In this document: in pieces, positions 1-8,092 of the stretch | How the letters are laid out: each line of letters begins with the position of its first letter | How positions within the stretch are numbered: position 1 is the first letter of the stretch | Source of the DNA: Fusobacteriota bacterium | GTDB lineage: Bacteria > Fusobacteriota > Fusobacteriia > Fusobacteriales > JBNJFI01 | Assembly (NCBI GenBank): GCA_051746725.1 | Contig: JBNJFI010000037.1 | Span: forward strand, 1 to 18,991 | DNA: 18,991 nt | Direction of reading: 5' to 3' | Made by a program: the position numbers and the translations under genes | Notes under the pieces: model-generated | What the model saw: the letters and a program-made list of their open reading frames with translations, nothing else | Told to the model about the DNA's origin: nothing | Database searches by the model: none

Positions 1-2
1 TA

Positions 3-398
3 AGAGAAGAAGGATATCCAAATGTATTCTATGCTGATTATTATGGAGCTAGTTATACAGATAAAGGATATGATGTAAACTTAGCACCTGTTGAAAATTT
101 ACCTAAACTTGTAACAGCAAGAAAAGAATTTGCTTATGGTACACAACATAGTTATATGGATCATTGGGATGTAATTGGTTGGACACGAGAAGGAGATTCT
201 ACTAGAGATGAAGGATTAGCGGTTCTTATGAGTGATGGTGGAAGTGGATCAAAATGGATGTATGTAGGTGACCAAAATGCAGGAGAAACATTCTATGACT
301 ATACAGGAAATAGAAGTGATACTGTAACTATAAACTCTGATGGATGGGGAGAATTTAAAACAAATGGTGGATCTGTATCTGTTTGGGTAGGAGAATAA
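3..398 (+). CDS. Alpha-amylase (GH13, Bacillus AmyL/AmyS-like), C-terminal part; 5'-truncated by the window
   Basis: The frame is open from position 3: REEGYPNVFYADYYG...ARKEFAYGTQHSYMDHWDVIGWTREGD...GLAVLMSDGGSGSKWMYVG...GETFYDYTGNRSDTVTINSDGWGEFKTNGGSVSVWV. This matches the C-terminal domain of liquefying Bacillus-type amylases. The ORF-track start at 156 is an internal Met. Confidence 0.92.
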   Translation, partial: REEGYPNVFYADYYGASYTDKGYDVNLAPVENLPKLVTARKEFAYGTQHSYMDHWDVIGWTREGDSTRDEGLAVLMSDGGSGSKWMYVGDQNAGETFYDYTGNRSDTVTINSDGWGEFKTNGGSVSVWVGE

Positions 399-421
399 TA
401 AAAATTTTTAAGAAAATATAT

Positions 422-458
422 AAATCGAATCTTGGGAAACCAAGGTTCGATTTTTTAT
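422..458 (+). terminator. Intrinsic terminator after the amylase gene
   Basis: AAATCGAATCTTGG-GAAA-CCAAGGTTCGATTT stem (one G-U pair) with a GAAA tetraloop, running into a T tract at 451-456. Confidence 0.88.
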
Positions 459-530
459 ATCTAGAAATATACGAAGAAAATTTTCGATCTACGGTTATTA
501 TTGAGATTAATATTAAGATTATTATTATTA

Positions 531-559
531 TTGACAAACCTCCAAATTAAGAATATAAT
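531..559 (+). promoter_or_regulatory. sigma70/sigmaA promoter of the hemolysin-III family gene
   Basis: Perfect consensus TTGACA (531-536), 17-nt spacer, TATAAT (554-559). RBS AGGAGG at 598-603. Confidence 0.88.
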
Positions 560-608
560 AAAAGTATAAATTAAATATTTATAATTTTAGAATGTTTAGG
601 AGGATTTT

Positions 609-1247
609 ATGAAAGGTAAAAAAAGGGAGATGACTTTAAAAGAAGAGATATTAAATGCTGTAACCCATGGAATAGGACTTCTATTAGCAATAGCTGCTTT
701 GATAGTTTTGGTAGTTTTTGGGACTATAAATAATAAGGATGGTTGGTATTTAACTGGAGTGATAATATATGGAATAACCTTAATATTATTATATGCTTCT
801 TCAACTTTATTACACTCTTTTCCCAAAGGAAAAACTAAAGATTTTTTTGAAATTTTAGATCATGCCTCTATATATTTACTGATAGCAGGAACTTATACTC
901 CATTTACCTTAACAGTTTTGAGAGGTAAGATGGGTTGGATAATATTTGGAATTGTTTGGACTTTAGCAATCATGGGAATAATATTTAAAGCAATCTTTAT
1001 AAAGAGGTTTAAACTGTTATCAACGCTTATGTATATAGGGATGGGTTGGATAATAATTTTTGCAATAAAACCCCTTTTTATCTCAATTGATACAGTTCCA
1101 TTTTTTTTATTAGTTTTAGGAGGATTATTATATTCCCTTGGAACAATATTTTATTTGTGGAATAGTTTGAAATATGGACATGCTATATGGCATATTTTTG
1201 TATTAGGTGGAAGTATTTCTCATTTTATTACAATTTTTTTATTATAG
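609..1247 (+). CDS. trhA: Hemolysin III / PAQR family integral membrane protein (TrhA/YqfA-like)
   Basis: About 7 hydrophobic segments with family motifs EEILNAVTHG, STLLH, LDHASIYLLIAGTYTP, YIGMGW, GGLLYSLG, HAIWHIFVLGGSISH. AGGAGG RBS. Confidence 0.92.
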   Translation: MKGKKREMTLKEEILNAVTHGIGLLLAIAALIVLVVFGTINNKDGWYLTGVIIYGITLILLYASSTLLHSFPKGKTKDFFEILDHASIYLLIAGTYTPFTLTVLRGKMGWIIFGIVWTLAIMGIIFKAIFIKRFKLLSTLMYIGMGWIIIFAIKPLFISIDTVPFFLLVLGGLLYSLGTIFYLWNSLKYGHAIWHIFVLGGSISHFITIFLL

Positions 1248-1260
1248 AGTTAGACAACTC

Positions 1261-1299
1261 AAAAAAGGGCTTGGAGTTAAAATCTTCGGCTCTTTTTTT
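1261..1299 (+). terminator. Probable (bidirectional-type) intrinsic terminator
   Basis: AAAAAAGGGC..GGAG / CTTC..GCTCTTTTTTT imperfect stem flanked by A and T tracts, 13 nt after the stop codon. Confidence 0.65.
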
Positions 1300-1524
1300 A
1301 ATGCCTAAAAAAGTTACTTTAAAAATTTATTGCGCGTTACACTACAGTGTAAGAAAAAGAAATTTCCCGTAAATTTTCGAAAACATAATAATTAAAAAGA
1401 GTTACTTAGAAATCAAAATATCTAAAGTTTTAAAAAGTTTTCAAGTAATCTTCTTCTATTTTGGAGGATAAAAAGTGTAGGATAATAACTCACTAATAAA
1501 GCTCATGTTCGCATAAAGAGCAAT

Positions 1525-1561
1525 TGTAAAAATATTGTAAAAATTGTAAAAACAATGTAAA
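1525..1561 (+). promoter_or_regulatory. Two tandem TGTAAA-N5-TGTAAA direct-repeat boxes (candidate OmpR/PhoB-family regulator sites)
   Basis: TGTAAA at 1525, 1536, 1545 and 1556 forms two pairs with 11-bp spacing, ending 5 bp before a -35 element. Confidence 0.55.
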
Positions 1562-1566
1562 AATCC

Positions 1567-1595
1567 TTGAAAAAAACTTTATTTATTGGTATCAT
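1567..1595 (+). promoter_or_regulatory. sigma70 promoter of the subtilase gene
   Basis: TTGAAA (1567-1572), 17 nt, TATCAT (1590-1595), with extended -10 TG at 1587-1588. Confidence 0.7.
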
Positions 1596-1649
1596 ATTAG
1601 TGTCGGTTTAATGGATTAAAATAATAAAAGTGAAATGAAAGGGGAGAAA

Positions 1650-4295
1650 ATGAAAAAAGTTTTAGTAATTTTATTAGCTGTTTTTATGTTTGGATGTTTA
1701 AATGAAAATCAGGAAGATTCACCAAAGGAAAATATTGAAGAGGGGAAGGTAACAGAAGAAGTAACAACTTTAAGTGGAATTGTAGTGGGGTTAAAACCAG
1801 AATTTAAAACAAACAAAACTCAAGATGAAAGTCTAGAAGAATTAAAGGAAATAATTAATAACTATATATCAAATAATAATATTAAACGTAGTGGAGGTAT
1901 GGAATTTAAAAGAGTTCATTCTACTAACGATATAATAAAAAGATATGTGGAGTCTAATCCTCAAAAAAGGGCTTTACCAAAAAAGACATTGGAAAAGGTT
2001 GCTTATGAGGAAATATCAGATCCATTGGAAAAATCTTTATACAGAGAATATAAAATAAATTTATCATCTGAAATTGATTTAGATGGAATAATAAAAGAGA
2101 TTAAAAATAATGATAATATAGAATATGTACAAAAAGATAATTTAAATAAATTAAATAAAACAACCAATGATGATTACTTTACAACTAATCCTCGAGATAC
2201 TAGAAAATTATGGGGAGTGCCTGCAACAGAAACAGAAAAAGCCTGGGATATAACAGAAGGTGAAGATATAATAGTTGCAGTTGTAGATTCTGGGGTTGAT
2301 TATAATCATCCAGATTTAAAAGACAATATTTGGAGTGGAATAGGTTATGATTTTTCAGACAATGATAATAATCCCATGGATGATGGAAGAAATCCTGGTC
2401 ACGGAACTCATGTTGCTGGAACAATAGCTTCTGTTGGAAACAATGGACAAGGGGTTGTTGGAGTAGCTCCTAAAGCTAAAATAATGGCAGTAAAAATATT
2501 TCCAAATGCATATGATTCAGTTTGTGCAAATGCAATACGGTATGCAGTTGATAATGGAGCAAGGGTTTTAAATAATAGTTGGGGTCCAACTCAGAGAAGC
2601 TCTTCTAATCCTACTGTAGAAAGAGCAATTGACTATGCTCATTCTAAAGGAGCAGTAATAGTATTTGCTGCAGGAAATTCAAATGATAATGCTGATTATT
2701 ATTCAGGAGGAAATTATTCTAAAACTATTTCAGTTGGTGCTTTAGATTCTAATTTAAGAAGAGCTAGTTTTTCTAATTATGGTAGTACTGTAGATATAGC
2801 AGCTCCTGGAGTGAATATAATAAGCACATGGCCCAATGGAAGATATAATTCTATACAGGGAACTTCCATGGCTGCCCCTCATGTAACTGGAACAGCAGCT
2901 TTATTACTATCTAAATATCCAAATCTTACAAATGAGCAAGTAAGAGAAGCTTTGAAGTCAGGTGCGACTAATATAAATACAGATAGATATGTGGGATCAG
3001 GGATGTTAAACTCTCTAAATTCTCTTGAAGGAATAGTTCCAGAAGATCCAAATCCAGAAGACCCATTTGAACCTTCTCCAGTAATAAATGAAGTTTCAAA
3101 AATAGAAATTGGGAATCAATTTGAAATTTCAGGAGAAGAGTTTGGTGAAAATACCGGAGAAGTTTGGTTATTACCGGCTGGACAAACAGAAAGAGGATAT
3201 AAGTTAGAGATACAAAACTGGAGTGATGCAAAGGTAACTTCAAGTGTTGGAGATAATATTCCAGCTGGAGACTATACAGTAATAATCAAAATTTCAACTG
3301 GAGAATTATCAAATTACTTTGAAGTTGAAGTTTCAGATATCGAAACCGAAGTTCCTGTTATCAACGAGATAACTTCTGAGATATTTGAAGGAGATAATTT
3401 TGAAATTAGCGGAAGCAACTTTGGTAACTCTGGACGAGTAATGGCGATAAGTGATTCAAAGGGAACTTTTGATTTAGAAGTAGAATCATGGAGTAATACA
3501 AATATAACTGTTATTAATGACTTAGATTCAGGTGATTATAACATTGTGGTACAGAATGAAAATGGAAATAATTCAAATGAAATAAATATAGTAGTAAAAG
3601 AAATAGAAGTTGAGATACCAATTATAAGTGAAATAAAACAACCTCTTTATGAAAATGAGGATATAGAAGTTAGAGGTGCAAATTTTGGAAATTCTGGTAA
3701 ATTATATATATGGATTAATGGTGGAGCAGTACAAATAAATACTATAGAATGGAGCTCTTCTAAAGTAATAGGACAAAAAGATTTGGTAAAAGGTGAATAT
3801 TATGCATTAATTCAAAATGGAGCAAGTAAGGAATATAGTGAATGGATTAAATTTGAAGTAAAAGAGCAAATCCAGGAAGAAACAGGTAGAGAGTACTTAC
3901 TTAATAATCATGATCTGTTTGATAATGGTGGAGTTTATAACTGGTCACAAAGTGGTTCTTACGGAGATGATAAAATAAGAGGAACAGCAGGAGATGATAC
4001 CATAAGAGGAGTTGCAGGAAATAACACTATTTACTCTGGTTTAGGAAGAGATACTATATATGGTGGTGATGAAAATGATACTTATTTGTATATTGCAGGA
4101 GATGGGAATAAAAAAATTATAGATAATGGTGGAACAGATAAAATTATTTTCTTTAATGTAGATCAAAGTGAAATAAATTATTCTAGAAGCGGTTATGATC
4201 TATTGATTAGTTCTAGTAAAAATAATGTAGATATTACAATTAAGTACTACTATTATAATTCTAATTATAAAATAGAATATATAGATTTTAAATAG
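1650..4295 (+). CDS. S8 family (subtilisin-like) serine protease, predicted lipoprotein, with 3 IPT/TIG-like repeats and an RTX-like Ca-binding C-terminal region
   Basis: Start chosen at ATG 1650 after GGGGAG. Signal peptide MKKVLVILLAVFMFG-C with lipobox, then a propeptide-like region. Triad VAVVDSG (D codon 2286), GHGTHVAG (H 2400), GTSMAAPHV (S 2865) and oxyanion AAGN. Three repeats P(V/I)I(N/S)E...F/IE(I/V)xGxxFG..G...WS. Gly/Asp nonapeptide-like repeats GDDKIRGTAGDDTIRGVAGNNTIYSGLGRDTIYGGDENDTY. Confidence 0.93.
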   Translation: MKKVLVILLAVFMFGCLNENQEDSPKENIEEGKVTEEVTTLSGIVVGLKPEFKTNKTQDESLEELKEIINNYISNNNIKRSGGMEFKRVHSTNDIIKRYVESNPQKRALPKKTLEKVAYEEISDPLEKSLYREYKINLSSEIDLDGIIKEIKNNDNIEYVQKDNLNKLNKTTNDDYFTTNPRDTRKLWGVPATETEKAWDITEGEDIIVAVVDSGVDYNHPDLKDNIWSGIGYDFSDNDNNPMDDGRNPGHGTHVAGTIASVGNNGQGVVGVAPKAKIMAVKIFPNAYDSVCANAIRYAVDNGARVLNNSWGPTQRSSSNPTVERAIDYAHSKGAVIVFAAGNSNDNADYYSGGNYSKTISVGALDSNLRRASFSNYGSTVDIAAPGVNIISTWPNGRYNSIQGTSMAAPHVTGTAALLLSKYPNLTNEQVREALKSGATNINTDRYVGSGMLNSLNSLEGIVPEDPNPEDPFEPSPVINEVSKIEIGNQFEISGEEFGENTGEVWLLPAGQTERGYKLEIQNWSDAKVTSSVGDNIPAGDYTVIIKISTGELSNYFEVEVSDIETEVPVINEITSEIFEGDNFEISGSNFGNSGRVMAISDSKGTFDLEVESWSNTNITVINDLDSGDYNIVVQNENGNNSNEINIVVKEIEVEIPIISEIKQPLYENEDIEVRGANFGNSGKLYIWINGGAVQINTIEWSSSKVIGQKDLVKGEYYALIQNGASKEYSEWIKFEVKEQIQEETGREYLLNNHDLFDNGGVYNWSQSGSYGDDKIRGTAGDDTIRGVAGNNTIYSGLGRDTIYGGDENDTYLYIAGDGNKKIIDNGGTDKIIFFNVDQSEINYSRSGYDLLISSSKNNVDITIKYYYYNSNYKIEYIDFK

Positions 4296-4301
4296 ACAAA
4301 T

Positions 4302-4339
4302 TAAAAGAGCTGTAGATGATTTTATCTGCAGCTCTTTTA
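4302..4339 (+). terminator. Intrinsic terminator after the subtilase gene
   Basis: TAAAAGAGCTGTAGAT-gatttt-ATCTGCAGCTCTTTTA, a 16-bp stem (one G-U pair) followed by a T-rich tract. Confidence 0.88.
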
Positions 4340-4433
4340 TTATTATCATATAGAAAAGCCAAAAGAATAATATTGATAATCGAGCATTAATGCTATTATT
4401 ATTAATTAAATTAAATAAAATATGTACAAAAGC

Positions 4434-4462
4434 TTGAAGCTGTACCATGAAAGTGGTATAAT
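4434..4462 (+). promoter_or_regulatory. sigma70 promoter of argD
   Basis: TTGAAG (4434-4439), 17 nt, TATAAT (4457-4462), with extended -10 TG at 4454-4455. Confidence 0.75.
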
Positions 4463-4501
4463 AGATGATAACAAATATATATGAAAGGAAGGGATGATTA
4501 T

Positions 4502-5707
4502 ATGAAATTTGAAGATATAAAAAAAATGGACAATGTAAATGTAATGAATACCTATGGAAGACTAGATATTGCCTTTGAAAGAGGTGAAGGTTCTAGGATA
4601 TATGATACTGAAGGTAATGAGTATATCGACTTTTTTGCAGGTATAGCAGTCAACAACTTGGGATATAATCATCCTAGGATAACAGAAGTTATAAAGGACC
4701 AAGCAGAAAAATTATTGCATACATCTAATCTATATTATATAGAACCGCAGGCTAAACTGGCAAAAAAGTTAATAGAAAAGAGTACATTTGATAAGGCCTT
4801 TTTTGCAAATAGCGGAGCAGAGGCAAATGAAGGGGCTATTAAGATTGCTAGAAAATACGGAAAAGAAAAATTAGATGGAGCATATGAGATAATTACAATG
4901 AAACAATCTTTTCATGGAAGAACAATTACCACAGTAACAGCAACAGGTCAAGAGAAATATCAAAAATCATTTACTCCCTTGGCGCAAGGATTTAAATATG
5001 CTGAATTTGGAAATATTGAAGATATAAAATCTAAAATAACAGAAGATACAGTTGCAGTTATGATAGAAATAATTCAAGGAGAAGGTGGAGTTTTACCTGC
5101 AAAATCCAAATTTTGGAAAGAGCTGCAAGAATTGGTAAATGAAAAGGAAATTTTACTTATAATAGATGAAGTTCAAACTGGAATAGGAAGGACTGGTGAA
5201 CTTTTTGCCCATGAAATATATGACCTTAAACCTGATGTGATAACTTTGGCAAAGGCTTTGGGAAATGGAATTCCTATAGGAGCTGTACTTGCTACTGATG
5301 AAGCTTCTGTTTTAGTTCCAGGTGATCATGCATCTACATTTGGTGGAAACTTTTTAGCTACTAGAGTTGGGGTAGAAGTAATAGATGAAATTGGAAAAAG
5401 AGAGTTTTTAGATTCTGTTAAAGAAAAAGGGGAATATTTCAAAAAAGGGTTAGAAAAATTAAAAGACAAATATGACTTTTTAAGTGAAGTTAGAGGAGAA
5501 GGTCTTATGATTGGAGTTGAAATAGAACCAGATAAGATCAAACCTGTTATGACAAAAATGATGGAAGAAAAAAAGGTTTTAATGGGAGCTGCTGGAGGAG
5601 TTGCTTTGAGATTTTTACCACCTTTGATTGTCAAAAAAGAGGATATAGATATAGTTTTAGAAAAATTAGATGAAGTATTAAAAGAGATAAGTTTAGATAA
5701 AAGTTAA
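4502..5707 (+). CDS. argD: Acetylornithine aminotransferase (class III PLP-dependent)
   Basis: Motifs YIDFFAGIAVNNLG, NSGAEANEGAIK, SFHGRT, EIIQGEGGV, DEVQTGIGRTG, LAKALGNG (PLP Lys), HASTFGGN, LRFLPPL. Neighbours are argF and argG. ATG 4502 is preferred because GGAAGGGA precedes it; the alternative start is 4481. Confidence 0.92.
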   Translation: MKFEDIKKMDNVNVMNTYGRLDIAFERGEGSRIYDTEGNEYIDFFAGIAVNNLGYNHPRITEVIKDQAEKLLHTSNLYYIEPQAKLAKKLIEKSTFDKAFFANSGAEANEGAIKIARKYGKEKLDGAYEIITMKQSFHGRTITTVTATGQEKYQKSFTPLAQGFKYAEFGNIEDIKSKITEDTVAVMIEIIQGEGGVLPAKSKFWKELQELVNEKEILLIIDEVQTGIGRTGELFAHEIYDLKPDVITLAKALGNGIPIGAVLATDEASVLVPGDHASTFGGNFLATRVGVEVIDEIGKREFLDSVKEKGEYFKKGLEKLKDKYDFLSEVRGEGLMIGVEIEPDKIKPVMTKMMEEKKVLMGAAGGVALRFLPPLIVKKEDIDIVLEKLDEVLKEISLDKS

Positions 5708-5743
5708 TAGAGAATGATAAGCAGATAAGGTAACTATAAAAAA

Positions 5744-5772
5744 TTGAAAACTAGGTATTTTTGTGGTATAAT
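5744..5772 (+). promoter_or_regulatory. sigma70 promoter of ilvE
   Basis: TTGAAA (5744-5749), 17 nt, TATAAT (5767-5772), with extended -10 TG at 5764-5765. Confidence 0.78.
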
Positions 5773-5811
5773 AATAATACAAACTAAAATTAAAAATAGG
5801 GGGAATATATA

Positions 5812-6729
5812 ATGAAAGAAGCAAAAAAGATATGGATGAATGGAGAATTTGTTGATTGGAAAAATGCAAATGTACATATATTGACACACGCCTTACATTA
5901 TGGAAGTGCTTTTTTTGAAGGAATAAGAGCTTATGAAACAAAGGACGGAAGTGCTGTCTTTAGATTAGAAGAACATATAGATAGATTATATAATAGTGCT
6001 AAAATATATAGAACACAAATACCTTATACAAAAGAGGAATTCACAGATGCTTTAATTGAAACATTAAAAGTAAATGGATTAAAAGGAGCATATATAAGAC
6101 CTCTAGTATATAGAGGATATAAAGAAATGGGAGTTAATCCCAAAACATGTCCTGTTGATTCAATGATTGCAGCTTGGGAATGGGGAGCATATTTAGGAGA
6201 AGAGGCCTTAGAAAATGGAGTTAGTGTTAAAGTTTCTTCTTGGAGAAGGTTGGCTCCTGATACAATGCCTACAATGGCAAAAGCCAGTGGAAACTATTTG
6301 AGTTCTCAGCTTATTAAAATGGAAGCTTTAGAAGATGGATATGATGAAGGAATAGCTTTAGATTATAATGGATATGTTAGTGAAGGAAGTGGAGAAAATC
6401 TATTTTTAATAAAAGATGGAGTATTACTAACTCCAGCAATGAATGGTTCAGCTTTACCAGGAATAACAAGAGATACTGTAATAAAGATAGCTCAAGATAT
6501 GGGATACAAAATAAAGGAAACAGGAATTCCAAGAGAGATGTTATATATAGCTGATGAACTTTTCTTTACTGGAACAGCAGCAGAAGTAACGCCAGTAAGT
6601 ATGGTCGATAAAATTGAAATAGGATCAGGAACAAGGGGACCTATTACAAAAAAGATACAAGAACAATACTTTAAAATTGTTAAAGGTGAAGTAGAAGATA
6701 AATATGGATGGCTTACAGAAGTTAAGTAA
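5812..6729 (+). CDS. ilvE: Branched-chain amino acid aminotransferase (class IV PLP-dependent)
   Basis: [42 protein letters not shown] (PLP Lys), [39 protein letters not shown]. Confidence 0.96.
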   Translation: MKEAKKIWMNGEFVDWKNANVHILTHALHYGSAFFEGIRAYETKDGSAVFRLEEHIDRLYNSAKIYRTQIPYTKEEFTDALIETLKVNGLKGAYIRPLVYRGYKEMGVNPKTCPVDSMIAAWEWGAYLGEEALENGVSVKVSSWRRLAPDTMPTMAKASGNYLSSQLIKMEALEDGYDEGIALDYNGYVSEGSGENLFLIKDGVLLTPAMNGSALPGITRDTVIKIAQDMGYKIKETGIPREMLYIADELFFTGTAAEVTPVSMVDKIEIGSGTRGPITKKIQEQYFKIVKGEVEDKYGWLTEVK

Positions 6730-6732
6730 AAT

Positions 6733-6781
6733 ACAGAGAATAGGGAGCAGGTAATAGATAACAGAGAATAATGAATAGAGA
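6733..6781 (+). repeat. Degenerate heptamer tandem array (7 units) directly after the ilvE stop
   Basis: ACAGAGA ATAGGGA GCAGGTA ATAGATA ACAGAGA ATAATGA ATAGAGA in unbroken 7-nt register. Confidence 0.75.
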
Positions 6782-6820
6782 AATCTAGATATTTAATCTT
6801 AGGAAGATTATAGAAAATAC

Positions 6821-6900
6821 GCCCCCCACCTCAGTCCTCCCCCTAGCAGGGGAGGAAGCCAAAAGTCTCCCCCTGCCAGGGGGGAGATTTAGAGGGGGGC
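6821..6900. repeat. GC-rich nested palindromic element (REP-like / miniature element)
   Basis: 54/80 GC in an AT-rich context. Outer arms GCCCCCC (6821-6827) and GGGGGGC (6894-6900) enclose two similar hairpins, TCCTCCCCCT-AGC-AGGGGAGGA (6835-6856) and TCTCCCCCT-GCC-AGGGGGGAGA (6866-6887). Confidence 0.75.
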
Positions 6901-7094
6901 ATAAACGAGGAAGACTAGTTTTTCGTTTTCAGAAAAATAAAATATTTTCTATAAAATATAGGACGATATTTTGTATTGCGATATAGTCTGCTAAGAAGGA
7001 GATTTAGAGGAGGCATAAACAGAAAACTTGTTTTATATTTTTTCAGTAAAAAAGAGGATCTTTATAAAATAAAAAGCAGGATGGGATTTTGATA
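6883..7094 (+). repeat. Degenerate tandem duplication (copies offset by about 115 bp)
   Basis: GGAGATTTAGAGGGGGGCATAAAC (from 6883) recurs as GGAGATTTAGAGGAGGCATAAAC (from 6998). Collinear downstream matches follow: ACT.GTTTT, TTTTCAG.AAAA, TATAAAATA, AGGA.G..ATTTTG. Confidence 0.7.
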
Positions 7095-7150
7095 ATATTA
7101 TCTGTCTCTATCTAATATAAAGATATATAAATACAAAAGAGGAGAATACT

Positions 7151-8089
7151 ATGGCAGTAAACTTAAAGGGAAGAGATTTTTTAAAGTTACAAGATTTTAA
7201 TAAAGAGGAATTAATACAGATTTTAGATACAGCTGATTTTATAAAGATGAGAAATAAGATAGATGTAAGAGAAGAGATATTAAAGGGAAAAAGTATGGCT
7301 ATGATTTTTGAGAAGTCATCTACTAGAACTAGAGTATCATTTGAAGTTGGGATGAATCAACTTGGAGGACAAGCTCTACATCTTAGTTCAAGGGATATAC
7401 ATATTGGTCACGGAGAAACAATAGCAGACACATCTAAGGTTTTATCTAGATATGTAGATAGTATAATGATCAGAACTTTTGGTCAAGAGATAGTAGAAGA
7501 GATTGCTCAAAATTCTTCTGTTCCTGTTATAAATGGTTTAACAGATGAATTTCATCCATGTCAAGTAATGGCAGATTTTCAAACTATAAGAGAGAAATTT
7601 CATACTTTGGATAACTTAAAACTTACATATATAGGAGATGCAGCTAATGTTGCAAATTCACTTATGATAGGTGCGGCAATAATTGGGATGGATTTTACAA
7701 TAGCAGCTCCAAAGGGATACCAGCCAGATGAGAAAATTTTAAAAACAGCATTGGAAAAAGCTAAAAAATCTGGATCGAAAATAGAGGTAACAGAAAACAT
7801 AAAAGATGCAGCTAAAGACGCTGATATATTATATACGGATATTTGGGTAAGTATGGGAAAAGAAGAAGAGGAAGATCAAAGATATAAAGTTTTTAAAGAT
7901 TATCAAATAAATAAAGATGTTTTATCTAAAGCTAGTCCAGATGCAATAGTTATGCACTGTTTGCCAGCGCATAGAGGTGAAGAGATAACTAATGAAGTTA
8001 TAGATGGACCTCATTCGGTGGTTTTTGATGAGGCAGAAAACAGGTTGCATGCTCAAAAAGCTATAATGACTTTGGTAATGGGGAAGTAA
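7151..8089 (+). CDS. argF: Ornithine carbamoyltransferase
   Basis: Carbamoyl-phosphate motif SSTRTRVSFE, plus NGLTDEFHPCQ, YTDIWVSMG, MHCLPAHRGEE, AENRLHAQKA. RBS GAGGAG. Confidence 0.97.
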   Translation: MAVNLKGRDFLKLQDFNKEELIQILDTADFIKMRNKIDVREEILKGKSMAMIFEKSSTRTRVSFEVGMNQLGGQALHLSSRDIHIGHGETIADTSKVLSRYVDSIMIRTFGQEIVEEIAQNSSVPVINGLTDEFHPCQVMADFQTIREKFHTLDNLKLTYIGDAANVANSLMIGAAIIGMDFTIAAPKGYQPDEKILKTALEKAKKSGSKIEVTENIKDAAKDADILYTDIWVSMGKEEEEDQRYKVFKDYQINKDVLSKASPDAIVMHCLPAHRGEEITNEVIDGPHSVVFDEAENRLHAQKAIMTLVMGK

Positions 8090-8092
8090 AGG

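Noticed and set aside
609..1247. Hemolysin III gene as a toxin or virulence factor
   Set aside because: The family is a widespread PAQR-type membrane protein. The name alone does not support a toxin role.
1307..1452. AGTTACTT repeats at about 1312 and 1400 with an inverted AAGTAATCTT at about 1443
   Set aside because: Short AT-rich matches with irregular spacing that cannot be distinguished from chance by eye.
1501..1521. Small hairpin GCTC-ATG-TTCG-CAT-AAA-GAGC as an ncRNA
   Set aside because: Too short and weak, and it lies upstream of the predicted promoter, so there is no support for transcription.
6821..7150. T-box or riboswitch leader for argF, or a G-quadruplex
   Set aside because: There is no T-box GGTGGNACC motif and no recognisable riboswitch core. 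The G runs have matching C runs and are better explained by hairpins.
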